Positions 63,481-64,000 of a DNA stretch of 64,000 nucleotides are shown one piece after another. Below the pieces are notes generated by a model that made no database searches, was not told the origin of the DNA, and saw nothing but the letters and a program-made list of their open reading frames with translations. Source of the DNA: Cetorhinus maximus. Lineage: Eukaryota. Location: positions 100,378,001 through 100,442,000 of the forward strand of contig NC_135891.1 in the NCBI RefSeq assembly GCF_964194155.1, given 5' to 3'. Both the position numbers and the translations under genes were made by a program. Within the stretch, counting starts at the first letter, position 1. Every line of letters begins with the position of its first letter.

Positions 63481-63768
63481 AGATGATGACGAGACTCGGT
63501 GAGGACAGTCCTGACATCCTCACCTTACACCTGTGAACATGTGACTCCTATGTGGCTGATGGCAGCGCACTTACCCTCAGTGCTCAGGCTCATGTCATGG
63601 AGACGTAGCGGAGGCCCTAATAGTCGCTAGATTGCAGGAGGATGATGACAACATGTAGTGAGGACACTCCACAGATCTTCACATTGCCTCTGTGAATGTC
63701 TGTCTCCTATCTGGCTGAGGGCAGCTCACTTGCGCTCTGTGATCATGTTCATATCATGGAGACGCAGC
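63451..63768 (+). repeat. Diverged tandem duplication, 2 x ~159 bp, of the transposase 3' end
   Basis: ggaggccctcatag...gatgatgac...gtgaggaca...catggagacgtagc repeats from 63610. Confidence 0.8.
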
Positions 63769-64000
63769 CATGAAACTTTAACTGTGCCTGATCTTTTGCC
63801 AGCCTTCTGAACCTGACCCCTTCTGGAGCACAGTGTCACTAGTCGCAGATGCTGAAGAGATGGGGGCCAGCCCCACCTTAAAGATGCTGAGAGCACACAG
63901 AGAGAATGAGAGAACTCTGTGGCGCCTGCCCACTACACTCTGGCAGCAATGACCAGCACCATCGAGGTGCAGGCATCAGTAATGTGTCCAGGGAGTGTGA

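Larger units (their letters stand above)
61088..64000 (+). mobile_element. Harbinger/PIF transposon running off the window end
   Basis: Left end ccggaattttccagccc with subterminal ggacaatatggcgagaaggccaaaa shared with 58774 and 47660; contains a transposase. Confidence 0.8.

Overview
Repeat-dominated, non-coding vertebrate DNA (intergenic or a large intron). The repeat families (DeuSINE/SacSINE1-like SINEs, HER1-type CR1, Penelope-like terminal repeats, many Harbinger MITEs) point to a cartilaginous fish, probably a shark; this is inference. No intact host gene or convincing coding exon was found, and the longer ORFs are decayed transposon genes or low-complexity artefacts. Main contents: a full-length decayed Mag-type Gypsy element (21162-27949) with a Harbinger derivative nested in its integrase; a Harbinger transposase pseudogene at the right edge; about 10 Harbinger-type MITEs; CR1, RTE and Ingi/Vingi-like LINE relics; several SINEs; and a 1.4-kb G-rich 24-bp minisatellite. 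Most interesting: (1) an apparently ORF1-less LINE (41854-45940, minus) whose 5' end is a tRNA-like Pol III head, with a nearby SINE that looks like its internally deleted form; (2) Penelope-type repeats carrying minimal hammerhead ribozymes, three sharing a CUGUUGA core variant, one in a fold-back insert hinged at the predicted cleavage site; (3) a 136-bp locally templated insertion into a MITE palindrome. All calls were made by eye, and the boundaries of old repeats are approximate.
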